From: a bacterium
Lineage (GTDB): Bacteria > JAHJDO01
Assembly (NCBI GenBank): GCA_043824255.1
Contig: JBDRTG010000027.1
Span: 1 to 64,000 of the forward strand
Length of the DNA stretch: 64,000 nt
Reading direction: 5' to 3'
The position numbers were made by a program, and so were the translations under genes. This document shows positions 1 to 8,776 of the stretch, in pieces. The notes under the pieces were generated by a model. That model was not told the origin of the DNA and searched no databases. It saw only the letters and a list, made by a program, of their open reading frames with translations. Position 1 is the stretch's first letter. Each line of letters starts with the position of its first letter.

Positions 1-87
1 ACAAGGAGTTATCCACAATATGCACAGAATTAACAAAAAGAAAAAGTTTGATCAAAAAGAAAAACTTACTACTACTAATCTTAACAA

Positions 88-140
88 AATAGGACATTTC
101 TACTTTGGTAAGAATAGGACATTTCTATTTTGGCTTGACA
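88..140. mobile_element. Probable terminus of an insertion sequence (ISNCY/IS1202-like end); transposase would lie left of the window
   Basis: Two 21-bp direct repeats AATAGGACATTTCTA(C/T)TTTGG at 88-108 and 113-133 (25-bp period), ending in CTTGACA (TGTCAAG on the minus strand). This is a TGT-terminated end with subterminal repeats. Confidence 0.5.
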
Positions 141-146
141 ACTGAC

Positions 147-195
147 TTGACAAGCAATGAGTGTTTTGCTAAACTACTCTTTACCTAGAGAGTAG
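147..195 (+). promoter_or_regulatory. Sigma70-type promoter of the secretion operon with overlapping palindromic operator
   Basis: TTGACA(147-152)-17 bp-TAAACT(170-175) with TGn extension; inverted repeat CTACTCTTTA-CC-TAGAGAGTAG at 174-195. Confidence 0.65.
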
Positions 196-203
196 ATTGG
201 AAT

Positions 204-440
204 ATGGAAAATATTTATCTTGTTAAAGACTTATCAGGCATAACAGGTGTTTCTGCTTATACAATAAAGTATTACTTGAAACTTGGCTTAATAAAAGAAG
301 TTGGACGAACGTCTCAATTAAACTATAGATACTTTAATGATTCTACAGTTAAGCAGTTAGCCAAAATAAGAAGATTGAGAAAAGAGGGGATTTCTATAGG
401 AAAAATACAGAGAAGGATAAAAGAAGAGGCATTGAAATGA
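204..440 (+). CDS. MerR-family HTH DNA-binding protein (HTH only)
   Basis: LSGITGVSAYTIKYYLKLGLI...NYRYF...LAKIRRLRKEGISI MerR pattern; 78 aa. Confidence 0.85.
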   Translation: MENIYLVKDLSGITGVSAYTIKYYLKLGLIKEVGRTSQLNYRYFNDSTVKQLAKIRRLRKEGISIGKIQRRIKEEALK

Positions 441-1249
441 GTTATTTTAAGGAATTAGGACTAAAAGAAGAGCCCTTTTCTACGAGTCCAGATCCTAATT
501 TCTTTTATCAATCGCGAGAACACGGCAGTGCATTAAGAAGACTTGAGATTGCAATTCGTTTAAAAAGAGGAATGAGCTTAGTTCTTGGGGATGTTGGTGT
601 TGGGAAGACTACATTGAGCAGAATTCTTATGCAGTCTTTTCATAACGAAAATGGCTTTATTTTCCATATGATATTGAATCCAAACTATAAATCAGAATTT
701 CAATTCCTTAATTCCTTAGCAAGGCGTTTTGGCATAAATGAAGGCATCCGTTCAGCAATGGATTGTCAGGATGCTATTGAAAGGTACCTGTTCCAGAAAG
801 GCGTAGATGAAGAGAAAACAATAGTTCTATTAATTGATGAAGGACAAAAGCTGTCACTGCCTTTTTTAGAGGTTTTGCGCACTCTTTTGAATTATGAAAC
901 TAATAAATATAAGCTCTTACAGCTTATTATCATGGCTCAGCTGGAATTGCTTCCTAAGATAAAACATGTTAGAAATTTTACTGACAGAGTTAGTTTAAAA
1001 TATATTATTAACCCTCTAGGTCAGGAAGATACAAAGAAACTAATTCTGTTTCGTCTTAAGCAGGCAGGACTGAATAATTTTAGAGATGTCTTTACAGATG
1101 ATGCTATAGACGAGATACATAAATGCTCTCTGGGATATCCCAGAAGAATAGCCCTGTTGTGTCACGATACATTGGAGAATTTGATTATAGAGGGCAAGAA
1201 GATTGTTGATAAAGAACTTGTTCTTAAAACTATTGAGCGTAATGAATAA
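437..1249 (+). CDS. ExeA/GspA-type AAA ATPase
   Basis: LGLKEEPFSTSPDP start, Walker A GDVGVGKT, Walker B LLIDEGQ, GYPRRI. Confidence 0.85.
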   Translation: MSYFKELGLKEEPFSTSPDPNFFYQSREHGSALRRLEIAIRLKRGMSLVLGDVGVGKTTLSRILMQSFHNENGFIFHMILNPNYKSEFQFLNSLARRFGINEGIRSAMDCQDAIERYLFQKGVDEEKTIVLLIDEGQKLSLPFLEVLRTLLNYETNKYKLLQLIIMAQLELLPKIKHVRNFTDRVSLKYIINPLGQEDTKKLILFRLKQAGLNNFRDVFTDDAIDEIHKCSLGYPRRIALLCHDTLENLIIEGKKIVDKELVLKTIERNE

Positions 1250-1826
1250 CTTTCATCCTGAAGATCGATTGTTAAGATTAATAAGAGGAGAAAAAAAAGA
1301 GCGGGAAGGCTCTGATCGGTTAAAACAGGTGCTTTCTGTATTAAAAGCAAAACCAGTCGTGTCAATTAATCGAATACTTCCTGTTATTATTTCTTTACTT
1401 CTTATTTATACAGCTTATATCTGGATAAGACCTGAAACATCAGAAGAAATATTAATCCCAAGCTCAAGAGTCGTTTCCTTGAAAAGCATAGATAAAAAGC
1501 AACAAATTAATCTAAAAAGCCAGAATTTAAAGCCATCTTCATTCTATTCATCAATGGCAAAAAAGCGTAATCTATTTAAGCAATTAACGGCTAATCCTGT
1601 CATTCTGCAAGAAGCAGGGATAGATATAAGGCAGCTTATAAAGGATCTAAATCTGGTTGGAATAGTCTTAGATGAGAGCCCTCAGGCAATTATAGAGGAT
1701 AGAAAGACAAAAAGTGTTTTCTATCTTAATGAGGGAGGCGCGATTGGAGAGTTAAAAGTCAGCAAGATTTCAGAATCAAGCGTTACTTTAAGTTATGGAA
1801 CAGAAACAATAGACTTATTTCTATAA
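1242..1826 (+). CDS. GspC/PilP-like membrane-anchored secretion protein (start probably ATG 1242)
   Basis: Single TM helix; C-terminal LNLVGIV...QAIIED...FYLNEG...ISESSVTL; position before the secretin. Confidence 0.65.
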   Translation: MNNFHPEDRLLRLIRGEKKEREGSDRLKQVLSVLKAKPVVSINRILPVIISLLLIYTAYIWIRPETSEEILIPSSRVVSLKSIDKKQQINLKSQNLKPSSFYSSMAKKRNLFKQLTANPVILQEAGIDIRQLIKDLNLVGIVLDESPQAIIEDRKTKSVFYLNEGGAIGELKVSKISESSVTLSYGTETIDLFL

Positions 1827-1835
1827 AAAAAAGGG

Positions 1836-3707
1836 GTGTTTACTATGAGAATAATAGTTTTGTTTTTGATGGTAGTATTTGTTTGTATTCAACCCAAAAT
1901 ATCAGTGTTTTCCCAAACTGAAGAACCTTTAGAGGCGCCTCCTCTAGTATCTTTTGAAGAAGCTGAGAGAATACCTCCAGAGATAAAAAAAGAGCCTTTA
2001 AAAATGCCCATCAGAACATCTCCAAAAACATCTATCAAAGAGACAGACGATATATCTTCTTCAAAGATCACTCTTTTGGAACTCAAGAATATGGATATCC
2101 TTGAAGCATTTAAGCTTCTGTCTAAAAAGAGCGGAGTGAATATTGTTGCCAGTAATAGTGTAAAAGGGAAAATAAGTATTTTTTTAAGAAATGTGGATGC
2201 ATGGGATGTGCTTAGAATGATATTTGAGACAAATAACCTTGCTTATGAAGAAAAAGGGGATATTATTAAGGTAATGACAGAGAAAGAGTATGAGGCAATT
2301 CATGGCAGGACATTCAGAGATCCGAGAAAAATTAAAATATATCAGCTAAAATATGCAACGGCTACTGATGTAAAAAAAGCGCTGGACCAGATGAAAACAA
2401 AAATCGGAAGAATTATTGCCGATGAAAGGGCAAACACGTTAATTATAAATGATGTTCTCTCTCCAGAATCAAGACTTGAGGAAATTATCAATGAATTAGA
2501 TAGTCCATTCATTACAAAAACCTTTACACTTGAATATGCAGACCCCAAAGAAATGGAGGGAAAATTGAAAAAAATTATCTCCAGCAAGGGACATATTCAA
2601 ACAGACCAGAAAGCAGGTAAGATTATACTTATTGATATACTCCAGAACATTGAGCTAGCAGCAAGAGTTATTGAAGAATGCGACTCTAAACCAATAACGA
2701 TAACAAGAGTATTTGAACTTAATTATGCTAAAGTTGAAGATATAGAAGCAAAACTTGTAAAAGAAGTTACAAAAAATATCGGCGGTGTCATAGGAGATAA
2801 GACGACGAATAAGATAATCATAACAGACCTGCCTTCAAATATGGAAAAACTTTCTGAAATAATCCGAGCTGCTGATGCAAAAACAAAAGAGGTCCTGATT
2901 GAAGCAAGAATTATCCAGATCACTCTAACTGATGAATACAAAATGGGCGTAAACTGGGATTATCTTTTCTCAAAGAACAAAAGCGCAGAGATCATAGGTA
3001 AATTTGAACTGGCTGCAAAGGATAGCTTTTCTCCAGGTATGACCCTTTCTCTTGGTAAGCTGGCTGTAGATAAATATACAGCTTTTATTCAGGCACTGAA
3101 TACAATCGGTAAGACAAATCTTCTCCAGAGCCCGAGAATAACTGTTATCAACAATGCTGAAGCCAGAATACATGTAGGAGAAACAAGACCCTATGTTACT
3201 ACTACTGTCTCACAGGGCTCTTCCACAACAGAGACTGCAGAAAGTGTAACAAATGTTGATGTAGGAGTAACGCTTTCTGTTACACCAACAATAAATGAAC
3301 ATGGTTTTATTACAATGAAGATCAAGCCTGAAGTAAGCTCAGTTTCAGGCACTGTAACAACATCTGAGGGAAATACTATACCCATAGTCTCAAAATCTGA
3401 GACAGAAACAACAGTTATGGTAAAGGATGGTGTTACAATAGTTATGGCAGGTCTTATAAAAGATGAGTTAACCGATACAAACAGCGGAATTCCCTTTTTC
3501 AGGAAAATTCCTATATTTGGATATTTGTTTGGCAAAATAGATAAGGAGATAATTAAAAAGGAGATAGTGATTTTTCTTACGCCACATATAGTCTCTGGAG
3601 AACATGATTTACCAACTACTGCCAGGAAAGAAGCGGATAAAAAAGTATTAGATGAAAGTAAAATAAAAGAGACAACTGTTCATGAGGAGATAAAAAAGCA
3701 CAATTAA
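1836..3707 (+). CDS. gspD: Secretin (GspD/PilQ family)
   Basis: Signal peptide, N-domain repeats, VLIEARI, SPRITVINN, VGVTLSVTP, GIPFFRKIPIFGYLF. Confidence 0.92.
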   Translation: MFTMRIIVLFLMVVFVCIQPKISVFSQTEEPLEAPPLVSFEEAERIPPEIKKEPLKMPIRTSPKTSIKETDDISSSKITLLELKNMDILEAFKLLSKKSGVNIVASNSVKGKISIFLRNVDAWDVLRMIFETNNLAYEEKGDIIKVMTEKEYEAIHGRTFRDPRKIKIYQLKYATATDVKKALDQMKTKIGRIIADERANTLIINDVLSPESRLEEIINELDSPFITKTFTLEYADPKEMEGKLKKIISSKGHIQTDQKAGKIILIDILQNIELAARVIEECDSKPITITRVFELNYAKVEDIEAKLVKEVTKNIGGVIGDKTTNKIIITDLPSNMEKLSEIIRAADAKTKEVLIEARIIQITLTDEYKMGVNWDYLFSKNKSAEIIGKFELAAKDSFSPGMTLSLGKLAVDKYTAFIQALNTIGKTNLLQSPRITVINNAEARIHVGETRPYVTTTVSQGSSTTETAESVTNVDVGVTLSVTPTINEHGFITMKIKPEVSSVSGTVTTSEGNTIPIVSKSETETTVMVKDGVTIVMAGLIKDELTDTNSGIPFFRKIPIFGYLFGKIDKEIIKKEIVIFLTPHIVSGEHDLPTTARKEADKKVLDESKIKETTVHEEIKKHN

Positions 3708-3712
3708 GGGGG

Positions 3713-5416
3713 ATGAGTTTTATGCTTTTCAAGGAAAATTTGCGTTTGGGTGAGCTGCTTGTTGCAAATGATATTATCTCAGATAAGCAGTTAGAACTGG
3801 CTTTATCGCAGCATCAGAAGATGGGAGAATTCCTTGGACGCACAGTTGTTAAAATGGGAATCGCTTCTGAAGAAGAAGTTTTGCCTCTTTTATCCAAGAA
3901 ACTAAAGATTTCATATATTCAGATAAAGAAGCTTACTATTCCCCCAGATGTAATAAAAAAGGTTCCTGCAAAGTTTGCATGCCACTATGAGCTGATTCCT
4001 ATCAAATTGGAAGGGAAGGTGTTAACTGTTGCATTAACTGATCCATCAAATCTTGAGTTTATAGATGATTTAACATTACTTCTTGGCTATAAGATCAAAC
4101 CAATGCTTGCCGGTGAGTTAGATATTATGAAGGGTTTAAAAAAATATTATGGCATTGGTGCTGAAACTATAGAGGAAATGATGAAGCAAACCTCTCAAAC
4201 AGAGGCAATAAAAGTGTCAGAACCTCTTACTGATAATATAGAAGAACTAGCTGCAGATGCTTCTATAATAAAGTTTGTTAATCAGATACTTTTAGAAGCA
4301 TACAGAGACAGAGCTACGGATATTCATATAGAACCATATGAAGACGAGTTGCGTATAAGATACCGTATTGATGGCATACTGCATGACGCAAAGGTGCCTA
4401 AATCTGTTAAGCACTTTCGAGAGGCTCTGGTTTCCAGAATAAAAATAATGGCCTCTCTCAACATAGCTGAAAGACGTATGCCTCAGGATGGAAGGATAAA
4501 AGTAAAGATAGGAAATACTGAGCTGGATTTAAGAATATCAGTTCTTCCAACGCCTTTTGGGGAAAGTGTGAATATGAGGTTACTATCCAGCAATGTTTTT
4601 CTGGGATTGGATGTCTTGGGTCTTTCTCCAGGACATCTCGAAATTTTGAAATCTGTGATACATAAGCCACATGGAATAATTCTCCTGACAGGGCCTACAG
4701 GGAGTGGAAAGACTACAACATTGTATGCATGTTTAAGTGAAATAAACGATAGTGAAAAAAAAATAGTTACAATAGAAGACCCAATTGAGTATCAGTTAAG
4801 GGGGATTTCTCAGATTCAAGTGTTACCAAAAATAGATCTAACGTTTGCTAGAGGTCTGCGTTCAATGCTTCGTCATGATCCTGACATTATGATGGTAGGA
4901 GAGATACGGGATTTTGAGACAGCTGAAACAACAATACGAACAGCTCTTACAGGACACCTTGTTTTCTCTACACTTCACACAAATGATGCTGCAGGAGCTA
5001 TGACAAGGCTTCTTGACATGGGAATAGAGGCATATTTATTGGCATCATCTCTTGAGTGTGTGATAGCGCAAAGACTCCTGAGAGTTATATGCGAGGATTG
5101 CAAAGAGATCGTAAAAAATTCTACTATACAGAAAAAAAGTTTGGGAATACCACAGGAAACAAAAATATTCATGGGAAAAGGATGCGAGAAGTGTAGATTT
5201 ACAGGGTTCAAAGGTAGGACTGCAATACATGAGATGCTGGTAATTAATGATGAAATCCGTGAGCTTATAGTAAAGCGGGTATCAGCTAATATAATCAGAG
5301 ACAAGGCTATTTCTCAGGGAATGAAGACACTGCGTCAGGATGGATTGGGCAAGGTTTGTAAGGGAATTACTACTATTGAAGAAGTTCTTCGAGTAACGCA
5401 GCAAGAAGAAACATAA
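3713..5416 (+). CDS. gspE: T2SS/T4P assembly ATPase with N-terminal MshEN-type domain
   Basis: RLGELLV...LELALSQ motif, ATDIHIEP, GPTGSGKT, TIEDPIEY, LRHDPD, GEIRD, CxxC pairs. Confidence 0.93.
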   Translation: MSFMLFKENLRLGELLVANDIISDKQLELALSQHQKMGEFLGRTVVKMGIASEEEVLPLLSKKLKISYIQIKKLTIPPDVIKKVPAKFACHYELIPIKLEGKVLTVALTDPSNLEFIDDLTLLLGYKIKPMLAGELDIMKGLKKYYGIGAETIEEMMKQTSQTEAIKVSEPLTDNIEELAADASIIKFVNQILLEAYRDRATDIHIEPYEDELRIRYRIDGILHDAKVPKSVKHFREALVSRIKIMASLNIAERRMPQDGRIKVKIGNTELDLRISVLPTPFGESVNMRLLSSNVFLGLDVLGLSPGHLEILKSVIHKPHGIILLTGPTGSGKTTTLYACLSEINDSEKKIVTIEDPIEYQLRGISQIQVLPKIDLTFARGLRSMLRHDPDIMMVGEIRDFETAETTIRTALTGHLVFSTLHTNDAAGAMTRLLDMGIEAYLLASSLECVIAQRLLRVICEDCKEIVKNSTIQKKSLGIPQETKIFMGKGCEKCRFTGFKGRTAIHEMLVINDEIRELIVKRVSANIIRDKAISQGMKTLRQDGLGKVCKGITTIEEVLRVTQQEET

Positions 5417-5487
5417 ATTCTAAATTATGAATTTTGAATTTTAAGTTAAAAGACAATTAAAAATTAATAATTGCTGACAAAGGCAGC
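5416..5487. repeat. Heptamer-repeat/hairpin element, intergenic copy
   Basis: TGAATTT-type units followed by CAATTAAAAATTAATAATTGCTGACAAAGGCAGC (5454-5487), the reverse complement of 8691-8724 with 2 mismatches in 34. Confidence 0.75.
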
Positions 5488-5494
5488 CTAAGTT

Positions 5495-6706
5495 ATGCCT
5501 GTTTTCTCATACAAAGCGAAACATGGTCCTAAAAAAATAATATCAGGAGTTATTGAAGCAGAAAATCAGGACATTGCATTAAGCAGACTGGATAAAATGG
5601 GCTATTTTGTCTTGTCTATAGGTGCAGGTAAAGAGAAAAAAGGCTTTAAATCCAGCCTTGGAATTTTTCAGCGTATCGGTTTAAAGCATATTAGTTTATT
5701 CACCAGACAATTATCAGATTTATTGGATGCTGGGGTTCCTCTCCTAGAATCAATAGCCATATTATCTAAACAAGCAGACAACACGCTTCTCAGCGCCGTT
5801 CTGGATGAAATATACACTGCTATTAAGGATGGCAAGAGCTTATCTGAATCCTTAGATCAATATCCAAAGCTCTTTTCTCCACTTTATGTTAATATGGTTG
5901 CTTCTGGCGAGACAGGGGGGATATTAGAGAGCGTTCTATTGAGACTTGCGGATTTTTATGAGAGCGAAGAGGAAATAAAATCAAAGATAAAAGCGGCTCT
6001 CACCTATCCTATACTTATGTTTTTTGCCGGAATAGGCACCATTATAGTGCTTTTGACATTTGTAATTCCTAAATTGGTGGTTATGTTTGAAGATATGGGA
6101 CAAAGGCTGCCTTTACCAACCCAGATTTTAGTGTCTTCAAGTAATTTCATTGTTGAATTCTGGTGGGTGCCCGTCGCGGTTATATTCCTAATTATAATTC
6201 TTTTTAAACGGTTAAAGAATACAAAAGAAGGAGGTCTCGTAATTGACAGGTGGAAGCTTGCAATTCCTCTGGCCGGTAAGCTTATTCAAAAGGTTGAGGT
6301 AAGCCGTTTTTCCAGAACTCTTGCAACCCTACTTGAAAATGGAGTACCGATTCTGCAGTCTCTGAACATAATAAAGAATACTATTACTAATAGGGCTATA
6401 TCCGGAGAGATAGAAAGAGCTGCTAAGGATGTCTCAGAAGGCAATAAACTTGCAGCCAGCCTTGGGAGAGGACTGTGGATTCCCGTTTTTGTAACAAACA
6501 TGATTGCTGTTGGAGAGGAAAGTGGGGCATTAGAGAAGTCTTTATTGAAAATATCTGATACATATGCCCGCCAGGTTGATAGATCAACAAAGACCTTAAC
6601 TTCATTACTGGAACCTGCAATGATCCTTATTATGGGGTCTATTGTAGGGTTTATAGTAATAAGTATGCTTTTACCAATATTTCAAATAAATATTTTAATA
6701 CACTAG
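5495..6706 (+). CDS. gspF: T2SS inner-membrane platform protein
   Basis: FTRQLSDLLDAGVPL, ASGETGG, ALTYP, VGEESG, LEPAMI. Confidence 0.93.
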   Translation: MPVFSYKAKHGPKKIISGVIEAENQDIALSRLDKMGYFVLSIGAGKEKKGFKSSLGIFQRIGLKHISLFTRQLSDLLDAGVPLLESIAILSKQADNTLLSAVLDEIYTAIKDGKSLSESLDQYPKLFSPLYVNMVASGETGGILESVLLRLADFYESEEEIKSKIKAALTYPILMFFAGIGTIIVLLTFVIPKLVVMFEDMGQRLPLPTQILVSSSNFIVEFWWVPVAVIFLIIILFKRLKNTKEGGLVIDRWKLAIPLAGKLIQKVEVSRFSRTLATLLENGVPILQSLNIIKNTITNRAISGEIERAAKDVSEGNKLAASLGRGLWIPVFVTNMIAVGEESGALEKSLLKISDTYARQVDRSTKTLTSLLEPAMILIMGSIVGFIVISMLLPIFQINILIH

Positions 6707-6717
6707 GAGGAAAATAA

Positions 6718-7212
6718 ATGTCAAAAATCAAAGTTCAAAATGCAAAATCACAATTTAAAATTAAAAATTTAAAATTAAAAATTGCAGCTGCAAGCCGCCA
6801 TGGGTTCACCCTGATTGAACTTATGCTTGTTGTTATTATTATTGGTGTACTTATTGCAATGGTGGCTCCAAGGTTTGCAGGCAGGTCCAAACAAGCAAAG
6901 ATTATAGCGGCGAAGGCAGATATTGAAGCAAATATTGCAGTAGCCTTAGAGCTATTTGAACTGGATAATGGGAGATATCCTACGTCTGAAGAAGGGCTTA
7001 ATGCATTACGTGAGAAACCTTCAGATCTTGAGACATGGAAGGGACCTTATATTAAGAAAAAAATGCCAGCGGATCCATGGGGTAGTCCATATCAGTACAA
7101 GTGTCCTGGAGGGCATGGCGATGATTATGACCTCTTCTCCTGTGGGCCGGACGGAGTAGTTGGTGGAGGGGATGATATTACTAATTGGGAAGAGAGTGCA
7201 TCAAGCGAATGA
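6718..7212 (+). CDS. gspG: Major pseudopilin with repeat-derived leader
   Basis: AGGAGG RBS; G|FTLIELMLV; ALELFELDNGRYPT..EGLNAL; WKGPY; DPWG; DDITNW. Confidence 0.93.
   Translation: MSKIKVQNAKSQFKIKNLKLKIAAASRHGFTLIELMLVVIIIGVLIAMVAPRFAGRSKQAKIIAAKADIEANIAVALELFELDNGRYPTSEEGLNALREKPSDLETWKGPYIKKKMPADPWGSPYQYKCPGGHGDDYDLFSCGPDGVVGGGDDITNWEESASSE
6721..6793 (+). repeat. Heptamer-repeat element translated as the GspG leader peptide
   Basis: TCAAAA(A/T)/TTAAAAT units encoding SKIKVQNAKSQFKIKNLKLKI; 6757-6776 identical to 9860-9879; palindrome TTGCAGCTGCAA at 6782-6793. Confidence 0.75.
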
Positions 7213-7682
7213 AGATGCGGGAGAAAGGACTTACCTTTATTGAGTTGATTCTAGTTATTAGCATACTCAGTATCCTTACAGCGATATCTACTCCTCTGTT
7301 TAGACATACTTTTGATAATTTGCAGATTAGGAACCTGTGTCGGGACATATCGAAGCTCAGCAAGTATGTGCAGGAGAGAGCAATTATGGAGCAGGTAATT
7401 CACAGAATAGATTTTGATGTTAATAATAGAGAATACTGGGTCAGTATAGCAAAAGACCCCTTAAATCCAGGGAAATTTATTGCACTAAATAACAAGCTTG
7501 GTAGAAAAAAAAGATTCTCTCCAAATATACTTCTGGAGTGCGCTAAACCATATGGAGTATTTTATCCGGATGGAAGAGTTGATGAATTAACAATGTATTT
7601 ATCAGGCGCAGATGGCGAAGTTTATACTTTAACCAATAAAGAGACCACAGGTTATGTTAAAATATTTAACTATCGGAAATAA
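7209..7682 (+). CDS. gspH: Minor pseudopilin GspH/FimT-like (start probably ATG 7209, overlapping the gspG stop)
   Basis: G|LTFIELILVISIL; FYPDG motif; operon position. Confidence 0.75.
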   Translation: MKMREKGLTFIELILVISILSILTAISTPLFRHTFDNLQIRNLCRDISKLSKYVQERAIMEQVIHRIDFDVNNREYWVSIAKDPLNPGKFIALNNKLGRKKRFSPNILLECAKPYGVFYPDGRVDELTMYLSGADGEVYTLTNKETTGYVKIFNYRK

Positions 7683-8010
7683 CAAAAAAGGTTTTCTTCT
7701 TTTTGAGGTAATGATAACAGTAGCTGTTTTATCTCTTGGTTTAGTAATCATCATACATTCATTTATTAGCTGTTTAAATGGGACAAGAACAATTGTAAGT
7801 TACATAGATGCCGGCTTTTATTTAGAAAAAAAGATGTGGGATATAGAGAATGGATTAGAAGACACATATGGGGAAGATGAGAAATACAGGTGGAAATTGG
7901 ACAGGAATGTTATTGAAGATACTGAGCTGAGTAAAGCTGTATTGAGCGTGTCATGGGATCAGAATAATATTGAAAAAAAATTAACTCTCGCAACATATCT
8001 AAAAAAATGA
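7654..8010 (+). CDS. gspI: Minor pseudopilin GspI/PilV-like
   Basis: KKG|FLLFEVMITVAVL; C-terminal VLSVSW; operon position. Confidence 0.7.
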   Translation: MLKYLTIGNNKKGFLLFEVMITVAVLSLGLVIIIHSFISCLNGTRTIVSYIDAGFYLEKKMWDIENGLEDTYGEDEKYRWKLDRNVIEDTELSKAVLSVSWDQNNIEKKLTLATYLKK

Positions 8011-8690
8011 CAAAAAACACTAAATTCGAAGCACGAAATACGAAACAATATAAAATTACCAAAATACAAATGCTCAAAACAATGTTTAGGATTTCGGATT
8101 TAGGATTTCGGATTTCCCCAAACTCTTTGTCTGAAAATAGTTGGGGGTTCACATTATTGGAATTGTTAATTGCAATTCTGATTTTTGCTGTAATTGTCAG
8201 TGCAGTATACAGCACTTTGTATTCAGGCATCAAGGTATGGAATGAAGGTGATGCCAAAACACGTTTCCTGGAGTCTTCACAGATGGCGCTTAATAGGATG
8301 ACAAAAGACATCAGAAACGTAACTGAATTCTCTGAGATTAAATTTGAGGGAGAAAAGCACAGTATTTCAATGCCTGTGATAAAAGATGTGTATCAAGATA
8401 AGAATCTAATAACTCAGATCTATAAAGTTAGCTATTATTTGGATAGTGATAATATAATGAGAGATGCCCAGACATATCCTGAGAGTTTAAGGGGGCAAAC
8501 TAAGAAACGGGAGCTAGTTTCTGGCATTCAAGAACTAGTTTTTTCTTATTGTAATGTAGAAAAAGAATGGAAAGATTCATGGGAAGAAGGCAGCCCGCCA
8601 TATGCAGTTAAATTGTCAATTAAGAGTAAAGAGGATAATATTCTTGAGGCAATAACAGAAATTCCAATATTTGATACAGGTATAAACTAA
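8007..8690 (+). CDS. gspJ: Minor pseudopilin GspJ-like with repeat-derived leader
   Basis: G|FTLLELLIAILI; WKDSWEE..PYAVKL; ATGA coupling to the gspI stop. Confidence 0.8.
   Translation: MTKNTKFEARNTKQYKITKIQMLKTMFRISDLGFRISPNSLSENSWGFTLLELLIAILIFAVIVSAVYSTLYSGIKVWNEGDAKTRFLESSQMALNRMTKDIRNVTEFSEIKFEGEKHSISMPVIKDVYQDKNLITQIYKVSYYLDSDNIMRDAQTYPESLRGQTKKRELVSGIQELVFSYCNVEKEWKDSWEEGSPPYAVKLSIKSKEDNILEAITEIPIFDTGIN
8021..8146. repeat. Two-armed heptamer-repeat element inside the gspJ leader
   Basis: Left arm TAAATTCGAAGCACGAAATACGAAAC, right arm TTTAGGATTTCGGATTTAGGATTTCGGATTT (roughly complementary), then hairpin CCCCAAACT...AGTTGGGG. Confidence 0.75.
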
Positions 8691-8776
8691 GCTGCCTTTG
8701 GCAGCAATTATTAATTTTAAATTGAGGTTGAATTATGTTCTTTAATTCAAAATTCAAAATTCAAAATTCAAAATTA
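8691..8776. repeat. Heptamer-repeat/hairpin element spanning the gspK start
   Basis: Hairpin GCTGCC-TTT-GGCAGC, T-rich arm, RBS and ATG in the spacer, then (TCAAAAT)x4 encoding NSKFKIQNSK. Confidence 0.8.

Noticed and set aside
9..26. Perfect DnaA box TTATCCACA suggesting oriC
   Set aside because: Only one perfect box, no dnaA/dnaN context, and it lies next to an IS-like end
88..133. Direct repeats as a CRISPR array
   Set aside because: Two units with a 4-bp gap, no spacers, no cas genes
7910..8311. 133-aa minus-strand ORF containing EIRNPKSEI
   Set aside because: Antisense shadow of gspI/gspJ; the peptide is just the heptamer repeat read on the other strand
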